The position numbers and the translations under genes were made by a program. The notes under the pieces were generated by a model. The model had not been told where the DNA came from. It saw only the letters and a list, made by a program, of their open reading frames with translations, and ran no database searches. Positions 40,779 through 51,451 of a DNA stretch of 64,000 nucleotides are shown piece by piece (position 1 is the first letter of the stretch; the number at the start of each line of letters is the position of its first letter). The stretch comes from Alphaproteobacteria bacterium. Its GTDB lineage: Bacteria; Pseudomonadota; Alphaproteobacteria; MPNO01; UBA830. The stretch lies in NCBI GenBank assembly GCA_964291215.2, contig OZ219791.1:64001-128000 (forward strand), read 5' to 3'.

Positions 40779-43778
40779 ATGACAACCGACACCAGCGAAC
40801 GCGGCCTCGAACGGCTGATCTGCACGGCTCTGGCGGGCCATCCCTGCGAGCCGGAGGCGACGGACGCCGCCGGCGAACCGGCGGTCGGCTACGACGGTGC
40901 AGGCTGGGGCGGCGGGAGTTGGCACGACTACGACCGCGAGCATTGCATCGACCTGGCCCAACTCACTGCCTTCCTGCGCGCCACGCAGCCCGAGGCGGCC
41001 GAAGCCCTGACTCTCGACGAGGACGGCCCGATCCGGCGCAAGTTCCTTGCGCGGTTACAGGGCCAAATCGCGAAGCGGGGCACCGTCGGCGTGCTCCGGC
41101 GCGGACTCCGGCACGGCGCCCACGAGTTCGCGCTGTTCTACGGCGCGCCCTCGCCCGGCAACATGCAGGCACGGGAACGGTTCGAGCAGAACCGCTTCAC
41201 CGTCACCCGCCAGCTTCGCTACAGCCGCAGCGAGACGCAGCGGGCGCTCGACATCGTGCTCTTTGTCAACGGCCTCCCGGTCGTCACCTTCGAACTCAAG
41301 AACAGCCTCACCAAGCAGACCGTGGAGGACGCCGCCGAACAGTACCGGAGGGACCGCGACCCGCGCGAGAAGCTGTTCGTGCTTGGGCGCTGCATTGCGC
41401 ATTTCGCCGTGGACGACTCCGAGGTGCGTTTCTGTACCCATCTCCAGGGCAAGGCATCGTGGTTCCTGCCCTTCAATCGCGGCTGGCGCGACGGTGCCGG
41501 CAATCCGCCCAACCCACACGGGCTGAAGACCGATTATCTCTGGCGCGAAGTGCTGACTCGCGAGAGTTTGACCGATATCCTCGAAAATTACGCCCGGATC
41601 GTGGAGGAACGCGACAGGAAGACGGGACGCAGGACGCGCAACCAGACTTGGCCCCGCTACCACCAGCTCTATGCCGTCCGGCAGCTGTTGGCGGACGCAG
41701 CCGCCCGTGGCGCGGGCCAGCGCTACCTGATCCAGCACTCGGCCGGCAGCGGCAAGAGCAACTCCATCGCCTGGCTGACGCACCAGTTGATCGGCCTTTC
41801 CCGGGACGGCGCTCCTGTTTTCGATTCCGTCATCGTGGTCACCGACCGGCTCATCCTCGACCGGCAGATCAACGACACCATCCGGCAATACGCCCATATC
41901 GGCGCTACCGTCGGCCATGCCGACCGTTCGGGCGACCTGCGGCGCTTCATCGAGACCGGCAAGAAGATCGTCATCTCGACGGTGCAGAAATTCCCGTTCA
42001 TCCTCGACGAGATCGGCGACATGCAACGCGGGCGGCGGTTCGCCATCGTCATCGACGAGGCGCATTCCAGCCAGGGCGGGCGTACCAGCACGGCTATCGG
42101 ACAGGCTCTCGCCGAAGCGGGTGCGGGCGATGAAGAGACCTTCGAGGATCGAATCAACCGGCTGATGGAATCGCGCAGGCTGTTGCCCAACGCCAGCTAT
42201 TTCGCGTTCACGGCCACGCCCAAGAACAGGACGCTGGAGCTGTTCGGCGCGCCGGATCCGCAACCCGACGGAACGGTCAGGCACCGCGCCTTCCACAGCT
42301 ACACCATGAAGCAAGCCATCCAGGAAGGCTTCATCCTGGACGTGCTGGCGCATTACACGCCGGTTCTGAGCTACTACAGGCTTGCCAAGACTATTGCGGA
42401 CGACCCGGAGTTCGATACGAAGAAGGCGCAGAACAAGCTGCGGCGTTTCGTCGAGGGCCATGACCACGCCATCCGCCTCAAGGCCGAGATCATGGCGGAC
42501 CACTTTCACGAGCAGGTGCTGGCCCGCAACAAGATCGGTGGCGAGGCGCGGGCGATGGTCGTCACCAACGGAGTCGAGCGTGCGATCCGCTATTTCCATG
42601 CCCTTCGCGACTATCTGGAGGAACGCAGGAGTCCGCACCGCGCCATTGTGGCTTTCTCCGGCGAGCAGGAATTCGGCGGCACGACGGTCAGCGAAACGTC
42701 GCTGAACGGTTTTCCGGCCAGTCAGATTGCAGAGAAGATCCGGGAGCACCCCTATCGCTTCCTCGTCTGCGCCGACAAGTTCCAGACCGGCTACGACGAA
42801 CCGCTGCTGCACACCATGTATGTGGACAAGACGCTCTCCGGCATTCGGGCGGTACAGACTCTCTCGCGCCTCAATCGGGCCTACCCGAAGAAACACGATG
42901 TCTTCGTGCTGGATTTCCTGAACGACGCCGGGACCATTCACGCCGCGTTTGCGGACTACTACCGCACGACGATCCTGTCCGACGAGACCGATCCCGACAA
43001 GCTGCATGACTTGCAGGCGGATCTGGACGGCGCACAGGTCTACACGCCCGAACAGGTTGGGGATTTCGCGCACCGCTACCTCGCCGGCGCCGGACGCGAC
43101 CGGCTCGACCCGGTGCTCGACGAATGCGTTGCGGTCTACCTGAGGGCACTCGACGAGGATGGCCAGGCAGACTTCAAGGGCAAGGCCAAGGCATTCGTGC
43201 GAACCTACGGTTTTCTTTCCTGCATCCTGCCCTATACCAACGCTGGCTGGGAAACCCGGTCGATCTTCCTCAACTTCCTGATTCCCAAGCTGCCGTCCCC
43301 GCGCGAGGACGACCTGTCCAGAGGCATCCTGGACGCCATCGACATGGACAGCTACCGGATCGAGAAGCAGACCATGCAGAAGATCGCGCTTCCGGACGAA
43401 GACGTGGCGATCGATCCCCTGCCGCCAGGCGGGGCCAGCCGCCGGCTCGATCCCGACATGGATCGGCTCTCCAACATCGTGAGGCAGTTCAACGACCTGT
43501 TCGGCGGCATTCGGTGGGAAGACAAGGATCGCGTCGAACAATTGATCACCCGCACGATCCCCGGGCGCGTCGCCGCCAACGAGGCATACAGGAACGCCCG
43601 GAAGAATTCGGACACGGAAAACACCAGGATAGAATTCGACAAGGCCCTTCAGCAGGTGATCGTTTCGCTGATTAGCGACGACAACCAGCTATTCAAACAG
43701 TTCATGGACAACGAAGGCTTCAAGCGCTGGATGACCGACGTGACTTTCGAGTTGACGGCGCAAGCGGCAAGTCCATGA
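40779..43778 (+). CDS. hsdR: Type I R-M restriction subunit
   Basis: DIVLFVNGLPVVTFELKN nuclease motif, HSAGSGKS, DEAH, FTATP, KFQTGYD, QTLSRLNR. Confidence 0.94.
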   Translation: MTTDTSERGLERLICTALAGHPCEPEATDAAGEPAVGYDGAGWGGGSWHDYDREHCIDLAQLTAFLRATQPEAAEALTLDEDGPIRRKFLARLQGQIAKRGTVGVLRRGLRHGAHEFALFYGAPSPGNMQARERFEQNRFTVTRQLRYSRSETQRALDIVLFVNGLPVVTFELKNSLTKQTVEDAAEQYRRDRDPREKLFVLGRCIAHFAVDDSEVRFCTHLQGKASWFLPFNRGWRDGAGNPPNPHGLKTDYLWREVLTRESLTDILENYARIVEERDRKTGRRTRNQTWPRYHQLYAVRQLLADAAARGAGQRYLIQHSAGSGKSNSIAWLTHQLIGLSRDGAPVFDSVIVVTDRLILDRQINDTIRQYAHIGATVGHADRSGDLRRFIETGKKIVISTVQKFPFILDEIGDMQRGRRFAIVIDEAHSSQGGRTSTAIGQALAEAGAGDEETFEDRINRLMESRRLLPNASYFAFTATPKNRTLELFGAPDPQPDGTVRHRAFHSYTMKQAIQEGFILDVLAHYTPVLSYYRLAKTIADDPEFDTKKAQNKLRRFVEGHDHAIRLKAEIMADHFHEQVLARNKIGGEARAMVVTNGVERAIRYFHALRDYLEERRSPHRAIVAFSGEQEFGGTTVSETSLNGFPASQIAEKIREHPYRFLVCADKFQTGYDEPLLHTMYVDKTLSGIRAVQTLSRLNRAYPKKHDVFVLDFLNDAGTIHAAFADYYRTTILSDETDPDKLHDLQADLDGAQVYTPEQVGDFAHRYLAGAGRDRLDPVLDECVAVYLRALDEDGQADFKGKAKAFVRTYGFLSCILPYTNAGWETRSIFLNFLIPKLPSPREDDLSRGILDAIDMDSYRIEKQTMQKIALPDEDVAIDPLPPGGASRRLDPDMDRLSNIVRQFNDLFGGIRWEDKDRVEQLITRTIPGRVAANEAYRNARKNSDTENTRIEFDKALQQVIVSLISDDNQLFKQFMDNEGFKRWMTDVTFELTAQAASP

Positions 43779-43934
43779 CAAGTTCCGCCACGCTATCCGA
43801 AAGGCCGTGCCGCCGTCCAGCGTCCAGAACCGGCACCCGCGCCATGCCGCCCTTCGGCGACAGGTCCACGGTCAGCGTGCATTCGATCCACCAGACCGAC
43901 GCTGACATGCCGGCATGGCCCGCACCTTCCAAGA

Positions 43935-44203
43935 CTAAGTCGTGTGACGCCAAATGGATCCGCGACCTGATTGAACATCGCGATGCCGTCCCGATCATCC
44001 CCGACCGCGAAGGCGCGAAGACCAGGCACCCATTCTCCAAACCCTTGTATAAATTGCGAAATCGAATCGAACGCGCCTTCAACAAGCTCAAGCAGTTCCG
44101 CCGCATCGCCACCCGCTACGAAAAGCTCACTGCCAATTTCCTCGCCATGATCAAGATCGCTACTGTCAGGCTCTGGCTACGAATTTATGAGGCCACGGCC
44201 TAA
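43935..44203 (+). mobile_element. IS5-family 3' remnant
   Basis: YKLRNRIERAFNKLKQFRRIATRYEK; 5' part absent. Confidence 0.75.
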
Positions 44204-44218
44204 TAGCGTGGGTGTGCT

Positions 44219-44444
44219 ATGAGATTTGCTCTCGTCGACGGCCATCGTACCAATCCCCAACCCCGGGGGGGGGGGGGGGATATGCTGCTATTGCGGGCGC
44301 CGGATGATACCGAAGTGCGGTCGATATGTGCGTTGGCACTGGGCACATGAACGACATAGTAGCTGTGATCCTTGGCAAGAGGGTGAAACTGACTGGCATA
44401 TAGCATGGAAGGATTATTTTCCGGAAGGATTTCAAGAAATCTTG
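44219..44444 (+). pseudogene. CoiA-like zinc-finger/nuclease protein, frameshifted at G15 tract and truncated by IS30
   Basis: MRFALVDG...[G15]...ICCYCG..MIPKCG...WHWAH....CDPW.EGETDWH..WK. Confidence 0.7.
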
Positions 44445-45651
44445 CCCCCGTTCCATAGTGAAGTGCAACACATGATGGGCTGTGGCCATGTGTTTTTAGA
44501 CGCATGATGTTGCGGAGCGGTAGCGGCGAGAGTTGCTGTACAAGATGAAGGGAGCTTGTTCATGTCCAAAGGCTACCGTCACCTACGAAGAGCGATGCCA
44601 GATTGAGGCAGAAAAGCGGTCTTTCACAAGGTGCGATTGCTCGGCAGCTAGGCCGATCAACAATTTTCCGGGAGATCAAGCGCAACACCGGGGGACGGGG
44701 TCACCGTCACAAGCAGGCGCAAAGGATGGCAGAAACGCGCCGCAGGACAGACTCGTCTGTTTCCTGGCGGTTGACGCCTCGGGTTGAAGCTCAGAAAAAG
44801 CTGCGGGAGGGCCCCGAGCAGCGGCCGTTTTCGACTGGAGGGCCGTGGGTCGGCAACGGATCCATGATCGCCGAAGATCGGAGAGCTGGGGGCGTCTTGT
44901 GGAAGAAGCTTCGGCGGCGCGGCAAGAAGCCGAACTGGAAGGGCGGATGCCATTCCGGCCGGGTGGACATTTCCGAGCGCCCTGCGGAGGCAAAGGAACG
45001 GATCGGCGACTGGGAACCATCATCGGCAAAGCTCACAGTGGAGCTGTCGTGTCGCTGGTTGATCGTGCCACGAAATACACCTTGCCGGGTGGACAGAAAG
45101 ACACGGTCGGTTCGGTCATGATCCGCCTGCTCGGCTCTGGTGCGCTATTGGTCCACACAATCACAACGGCAAGGAGTTCGCAGACCACAGGCGTGTCGCA
45201 CTTGACGCAGATTTCTTCTTCGCCTTTCCATTCCTGGGAGCGCGGCTTGAATGAGCACACCAACGGCCTGGTGCGGGAGTACTTCCCGAAGGGCACGGAC
45301 TTTCGCGCGATATGCAACGAAGATGTTCAGAAGGTACAGGATCGGATCAACACTCGGAAAGTCCCGGGATCGCTGACGGAGGTAATCTTGAAGTGAAACC
45401 GCGCTGACCATCTGCGCCATGTTCCGAAGCCGTAACGTGCAGCAGGGTCCATGCCGCGCGACGGCGGAATAGTGGCTTGAAGTCGACAAAGGCGTTGCAT
45501 AAGCTCGGTGTTGAAGGAACTGAAGCTGTTCCCAGGCGGAATCGAGAGGGGCAGAGGGGGAAATTTGCGCAACATCCGGCCCTCATCTCCGTTCGGGCTA
45601 CGCCCTCACTGCGATGCGGGCCGGATGTTGCACTTCAGACTGGAAGTGGGG
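44445..45651 (+). mobile_element. IS30-family element copy 1 (degenerate, no TSD)
   Basis: 26-bp IRs CCCCCGTTCCATAGTGAAGTGCAACA / CCCCACTTCCAGTCTGAAGTGCAACA; SWERGLNEHTNGLVREYFPKGTDF. Confidence 0.9.
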
Positions 45652-45983
45652 TCCATGTAGAACACCGCCAGAACGGGGCTTAGCAGATGCATGCAAAGCG
45701 GCATGTCCGACTTTTCCGGCTTGATCCGGTGACGCATGTCGAAAACCGCGATCTGTCCCGGTTTGACGCTACAGCCGCAGCCCTCGTTCCGGATCACCTC
45801 GGCCACGATCTCGTAGTCGTCCAGCCAGGTCACGCCCAGCCGCCGACGCCCCGACAAGAGGTTCTTCACCTCGGGGGAAAGCCGGTTGAAATCCTCGTCA
45901 CTCGGATACGGCGCCCGCAATTCCTCCAATCCGTCACTATCAAGATAGTCGTGTGGGTAATGACGCGTGGCCTTGTCAGACAT
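45652..45983 (-). pseudogene. Cys-containing hypothetical protein truncated by IS30
   Basis: MSDKATRHYP...CGCSVKPG...PLCMHLL; RBS GAGG; runs into IS30 end. Confidence 0.5.
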
Positions 45984-46088
45984 CCCCAATCCTCTCCTGA
46001 TCGGTTCCCCAGCAGGATGACCGACAGATCGCCATCCCGTAAGCGTGGTGCGCGCCACGCTTGTTTTCAACGCCTGAACTGGGGCAGA

Positions 46089-46451
46089 ATGGACGGTATC
46101 AGCATAGAAGAGACGCCGGTGAAGAACCCCGAATGGGTCGACCAGGGCCCGCCCGAAAAGCCACAGCCCGAGCAAGTGTTTTTCGACGACCCCGCCATCG
46201 ACCGCGCCTTTGCCGTGACCATGGCACTTGCGACCGAGGTCTGGGTGCTGAAAGACAGGGTCATGGCCCTTGAAAGCGCGCTGGAAAAATCCGGCGCGAT
46301 AGATAAAAGTGCGCTCTCCGCCGAACCGGACAATGATGAACGCGCGGCGTGCGAGACCGAACGTCAGGCCTTCGTTGCGGGGCTTCTCGACAACCTCACG
46401 GGACTTCAAGCCTCGGCAGGTGCGCCGGAGAAGGAGGGCGACAATGGATGA
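46089..46451 (+). CDS. Hypothetical protein (start uncertain)
   Basis: FFDDPAIDR...MALATEVWVLKDRV..LE..LE motif; overlaps methyltransferase start. Confidence 0.65.
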   Translation: MDGISIEETPVKNPEWVDQGPPEKPQPEQVFFDDPAIDRAFAVTMALATEVWVLKDRVMALESALEKSGAIDKSALSAEPDNDERAACETERQAFVAGLLDNLTGLQASAGAPEKEGDNG

Positions 46452-47496
46452 TCGCAGTTTCGTGGCTGCTCAGGACGTAATCCTGGACATGAAGAAACAC
46501 TGGACCACCCGGCTTTATCCTGCCCTGAAAGCCGAATTCGCCGAGCGAACGCGCGACAAGCCAGCTTCAAGCCGCCAAGAAGTCGCAGACCTCCTCGAAC
46601 CCACGATGACCTACCGCTATTTCGCCTGGATGGAACGGCACCTCCAGCGCATGAAATACTCGGGCCGCTATGGCCTTGTGCCCTATCACAGGGAACGCGC
46701 GACCGACCTGCGCGACACTCTGCCAGACATGTCTGGTGACCCACGGCTGGAGTTGAACCCCGATTTCAGGAACCCGATCTACTATGAAACCGTCGACATT
46801 CACCAACACCCGGGCGGCGTCTGGAGCGAACCGACCGCCGGATTTGTCTATGAACGCGGCGCCCGCTCGACCACGCCGATGCTTGGCTCAAGGCACCGAG
46901 ACATGCACGGTCGCCTCACCGACCGGGCCACCCGCGACGGTGTGCCGAAACGGATGCTTGACATGGGCTGTGGCTTCGGCAAGTCGACCCGGCCCTTCTA
47001 TGAGGAACTGCGCGACACCCAGGTGGAAGCCGTCGATCTTGCCGCACCCTGCCTGGAACTCGCGGCCGCCGACGCGGCGGCGGCCCAGGCCGAAAATGTG
47101 CGCTTCCGCCAGATGAACGCCTATGAGACCGACTACGAAGACGGCAGCTTCGACCTTGTCACCTCGACCATGCTCTTGCACGAAATGCCGCCCGAGGAGA
47201 CCGGCAAGACATTCACCGAATGCGCCCGCGTCCTTAAATCGGGCGGCTGCATGGTCCATCTGGATTTCTACATCCTGCCCGACGCCTTTGCCGCGTTCAC
47301 CCACTACGGCCACAGCCGCCGCAACAACGAGCCCTTCATGGTCCCGCTGGCCGAATTGGACGTGGCATCCGAATTAGAAGCGCGCGGCTTCACCAATATC
47401 TCCATTGAACCGTTCCAGGAAGCCGAAGGCGTTGATGTGAACAATAGCCCCTACTGGCGCTTTCCCTGGACCATCATCTCCGCTGACCGCCTGTAA
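46444..47496 (+). CDS. Class I SAM-dependent methyltransferase
   Basis: LDMGCGFG, SFDLVTSTMLLHE, RVLKSGG; RBS GGAGG. Confidence 0.88.
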   Translation: MDDRSFVAAQDVILDMKKHWTTRLYPALKAEFAERTRDKPASSRQEVADLLEPTMTYRYFAWMERHLQRMKYSGRYGLVPYHRERATDLRDTLPDMSGDPRLELNPDFRNPIYYETVDIHQHPGGVWSEPTAGFVYERGARSTTPMLGSRHRDMHGRLTDRATRDGVPKRMLDMGCGFGKSTRPFYEELRDTQVEAVDLAAPCLELAAADAAAAQAENVRFRQMNAYETDYEDGSFDLVTSTMLLHEMPPEETGKTFTECARVLKSGGCMVHLDFYILPDAFAAFTHYGHSRRNNEPFMVPLAELDVASELEARGFTNISIEPFQEAEGVDVNNSPYWRFPWTIISADRL

Positions 47497-47707
47497 CTGG
47501 CAGGCGCAAGCTACGAGGACAAACGCCGCCGCAGGTCGAATTCGCGTTGGTTGCGGCCGCGACAGGCGAGTCCCGATGGTCGCCGCGACCGCTTCATGAA
47601 CACCGCCAAGACAAGACGCGCCTCAACGCATTGAAATAAATATAAAAATTATCCCGTCCATCACGGGAGAGGCATTGGGCGACTGTCAGTTCTGTGAGAT
47701 GCCCTTA

Positions 47708-48766
47708 GTCATCTGGAACTGAAGTAAGTATAATTGTATGATGGCGGTCGGAGTGTGAACACGGAGGTCATGGCGATGCCACGGGACGGCCCTTGGCGGT
47801 GCTGGTCTTGAGTAATCGGTCGTATCTGGAGGCGCAGGTTCGCCGCCACCGTGTGGCGCGCTCGCTGTCGGCCGCATAATCCTGCGTTGCGCGGACGGGC
47901 TTGGCAACAAGGCGGTGGCCGCAGAGATCGGCGTGCACACCGTCGGCAAGTGGCGCAAGCGCTTTGTCAAGGACCGCATCGAGGGGCTGAGCCGGGACGC
48001 CCGCGGAGCATCGCGGACGAGAAGGTGGCGGAAGTGATCGAGCGCACGCTCACCTCGACGCCCGCGACCCACTGGTCGCTGCGCTCGATGGCGAAGGAGG
48101 CGGGGCTGACGTCGATCTGGCGCATCTGGGGCGCCTTCGGCCTGCACCGGGCCGAGACGTTCAAGCTCTCTCGTGATCCGCACTTCGTCGACAAGGTCCG
48201 CGACATCCTCTCGCCGCTGGATCGCGCGCTGGGCGTCGACGAAAAGAGCTAGGCCCGCACCCAGCCGGTCCTGCTGCCCGGCATCCCTGAGCGGCGCACC
48301 CATGACTACAAGCGCAACGGAACGACCTCGCTGTTCGCCGCGTCGCCACCGGCGCGGTCATCGGCAACAGACGCCACCGGGCCAAGGAGTTCCTCGACTT
48401 CCTCAAGGTGATCGACCGCAATGTTCCGGACGGCCTCGACATCCACATCGTCATGGACAACTACGCCACCCACAAGACCGCCGCGGTCAAAGCCTAGCTG
48501 GCTCGGCGGCCGCACTGGCACGTCCACTTCACGCCGACATCCGCCTCGTGCAGGTCGAGCGCTGGTTCGCCGAACTGACCCGCAAGCAGTTGCAGCGTGG
48601 CCGCTCGACCCTGCAACTCGAAACCGACATCCGGGCCTTCAACCCACAACGAAAATCCCAAGCCCTTCAAGTGGACAAAGTCCGCTGACGAAATCCTCGC
48701 CGCCGTCAAGCGCTTCTGTCTCCGCGTCGAACAAAACTTATGCCACGAACTTTAGATTCAGGTGAT
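47708..48766 (+). mobile_element. IS630-family element (type b, degenerate)
   Basis: IRs GTCATCTGGAACTGAAG / ATCACCTGAATCTAAAG, TA flanks; THWSLRSMA, VDEKS, MDNYATHK, QVERWFAELT. Confidence 0.88.
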
Positions 48767-48789
48767 TAGATTGGTAGATGACTTGTGTG

Positions 48790-49076
48790 CCAACTGCCGT
48801 TCTTGGGGCGTAGACGAACTCGAAGCGGTCCCACAAGGCTTCGTCCGGCGGGTAGGCCTCGTAGAGAGCGCCGGGCCGATGAGTGTTGAGATTGTCCATG
48901 TCTACGCCGGTCGCGCCGAGCTCGGCGCCGCTTGGAAGGCCCGGACCAATGGCGAGGAGCCGTGCTACTATCTCAGCGTCCAACTCGACGACCCGAGCTT
49001 CCCCGAGCCCATCCGCGCGGCCCTGTTCGAGGAGGATGGGGCGGCCTTCCTGGTCTGGAACCGCCGGGAGGCGTAG
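48790..49076. pseudogene. Chimeric scar: IS630 type a fragment (-) fused to 3' half of a DUF736 gene (+)
   Basis: MDNLNTHRPGALYEAYPP on - strand; VYAGRAELGAAWKA...LDDPSFPEPIRAALF on + strand matches 58239-58547. Confidence 0.7.
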
Positions 49077-49124
49077 GTTTCACCTGCTGGATGAATTAAC
49101 CGTTGCGTCGGCGCTGTTATGTGA

Positions 49125-50311
49125 CCCCCGTTCCATAGTGAAGTGTAACACATGATGGGCTGTGGCCATGTGTTTTTAGACGCATGATGTTGCGGAGCGG
49201 TAGCGGCGAGAGTTGCTGTACAAGATGAAGGGAGCTTGTTCATGTCCAAAGGCTACCGTCACCTACGAAGAGCGATGCCAGATTGAGGCGTTACAGAAAA
49301 GCGGTCTTTCACAAGGTGCGATTGCTCGGCAGCTGGGCCGATCAACAATTTTCCGGGAGATCAAGCGCAACACCGGGGGACGGGGTTACCGTCACAAGCA
49401 GGCGCAAAGAATGGCAGAAACGCGCCGCAGGGCAGCCTCGTCTGTTTCCTGGCGGTTGACGCCTCGGGCTGAAGCTCAGAAAAAGCTGCGGGAGGGCCCC
49501 GAGCAGCGGCCGTTTTCGACTGGAAGGCCGTGAACGGATCCATGATCGCATTCATGAAGATCGGAGAGCCGGGGGCGTCTTGTGGAAGAAGCTTCGGCGG
49601 CGCGGCAAGAAGCCGAACTGGAAGGGCGGATGCCATTCTGGCCGGGTGGACATTTCCGAGCGCCCTGCGGAGGCAAAGGAACGGGTCGGCGACTGGGAGC
49701 CATCATCGGCAAAGCTCACAGTGGAGCTGTCGTGTCGCTCGTGCCACGAAATACACCTTGCTGGGTGGACAGAAAGACACGGTCGGTATGATCCGCCTGC
49801 TCGGCTCTGGTGCGCTATTGGTCCACACAATCACAACGGCAAGGAGTTCGCAGACCACAGGCGTGTCGCACTTGACGCAGATTTCTTCTTCGCCTTTCCA
49901 TTCTTGGGAGCGCGGCTTGAATGAGCACACCAACGGCCTGGTGCGGGAGTACTTCCCGAAGGGCACGGACTTTCGCGCGACATGCAACGAAGATGTTCAG
50001 AAGGTGCGGCTCAACACTCGGAAAGTCCCGGGATCGCCGACGGAGGTAATCTTGAAGTGAAACCGCCCTGACCATCTGCGTTCCAAAGCCGCAACGTGCA
50101 GCAGGGTCCATGCCGCGCGACGGCGGAATAGTGGCTTGAAGCCGACAAAGGCGTTGCATAAGCTCGATGTTGAAGGAACTGAAGCTGTTCCCAGGCGGAA
50201 TCGAGAGGGGCAGAGGGGAAAAATTTGTGCAACACCCGGCCCTCATCTCCGTTCGGGCTACGCCCTCACTGCGATGAGGGCCGGGTGTTGCATTTCAGAC
50301 TGGAAGTGGGG
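49125..50311 (+). mobile_element. IS30-family element copy 2 (degenerate)
   Basis: Same IRs as copy 1; TGA duplicated on both sides. Confidence 0.9.
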
Positions 50312-50360
50312 TGATATAAAACCTCAGACTATAGGTTCTGTATTATGAGGTTTTGTATCA
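50312..50360. promoter_or_regulatory. AbiEi-type operator: 23-bp inverted repeats with 3-bp spacer
   Basis: TGATATAAAACCTCAGACTATAG-GTT-CTGTATTATGAGGTTTTGTATCA immediately before abiEi ATG. Confidence 0.75.
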
Positions 50361-50978
50361 ATGGCTCGGCCTCGCTCCCAGCGCCAGATCGCCCACGCCC
50401 TTCTGGAAAAGCGCGGAATCATGCGCCTGGCGGAGCTGCATGAGGCCGGTGTCACCGCAGCAACGGTCAGCCGTATGGAGCGGGACGGTGAAGTTATTCG
50501 GCTCTCACGGGGGCTATACCAACTCCCCGACGCCGCGCTTGATGTGAGCCACAGCCTCGCAGAAGCCGCCAAACGAACGCCGAAGGGCGTCGTTTGCCTC
50601 GTTTCCGCTCTCGCATTTCACGGCCTGACCGATCAACTGCCGAGAAGGGTCTGGATGGCGACCGGTAAGAAGGACTGGGCTCCAAAGCCTGACGGCGCAC
50701 CTATCCGCGTTGTTCGCTTCACCGAAAGCCTGCTCGCCGAAGGGGTCGAGACTTACATGATCGAGGGCGTTTCCGTAAAGGTGTTCGATGTCGCCAAGAC
50801 CGTCGCGGATTGCTTCAGGCACCGAAACAAGATCGGTCTCTCAGTCGCCATCGAAGGTCTCCAGGAGACGCTGCGCCAGCGCAAGGCGACGCCGGCGGAG
50901 ATTGCCAGGCAGGCAGAGCGGGGAGGCGTTTCCACTGTGATCCGGCCCTATCTTGAAGCGCTGACTGCCAATGCCTAA
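50361..50978 (+). CDS. abiEi: Type IV TA antitoxin AbiEi family
   Basis: N-terminal wHTH RLSRGLY, CLVSALAFHGLTDQLP, KTVADCFRHR. Confidence 0.88.
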   Translation: MARPRSQRQIAHALLEKRGIMRLAELHEAGVTAATVSRMERDGEVIRLSRGLYQLPDAALDVSHSLAEAAKRTPKGVVCLVSALAFHGLTDQLPRRVWMATGKKDWAPKPDGAPIRVVRFTESLLAEGVETYMIEGVSVKVFDVAKTVADCFRHRNKIGLSVAIEGLQETLRQRKATPAEIARQAERGGVSTVIRPYLEALTANA

Positions 50979-51451
50979 AGAGATAAAGAACATTGGGGCG
51001 TCAGTGCGCGCCCGCCTTCTGAACCTTTCCAAGGCGAGCGGCCAGAGTTTCGACTTGGTGCTGACGCGCTTCGCGCTTGAGCGTCTTCTATTCCGGCTTA
51101 GCCAATCTCGCTACGCCGATCGCTTCGTGCTCAAGGGCGCGATGTTGCTGATGAGTTGGCTCGACGAGCCGCATCGCGGCACGCGCGACCTCGACTTGCT
51201 GGCGTTCGGGGATCCCAACGCCGACGCCATGCTCGCGACGTTTCGGGAAATCCTGGCACAAGATGCGGGCGACGGCGTGGTATTCGATGCGGATGCGCTG
51301 CGCGTCGATCGTATCCGCGAGGAACTCGAATATGGCGGCCTTCGACTCCGCACGACTGCGTCGATCAGCGGCGCACGGATCAACCTGATGATCGACATCG
51401 GATTCGGCGACGCGTTGGAGCCTGGCTCCGAGTTGATCGACTATCCGGTCA
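50971..51451 (+). pseudogene. abiEii: AbiEii nucleotidyltransferase toxin, truncated by ISAs1
   Basis: LERLLFRL, FVLKGA, RGTRDLDL, IDIGFGD; ends at IS IR. Confidence 0.85.

Noticed and set aside
41055-43541. 828-aa antisense ORF (also 33435-34586, 35256-36635, 4035-5210)
   Set aside because: Shadow ORFs of well-supported genes in high-GC DNA
47676-47707. GGGCGACTGTCAGTTCTGTG resembles an IS terminal repeat
   Set aside because: Too short and no second end visible
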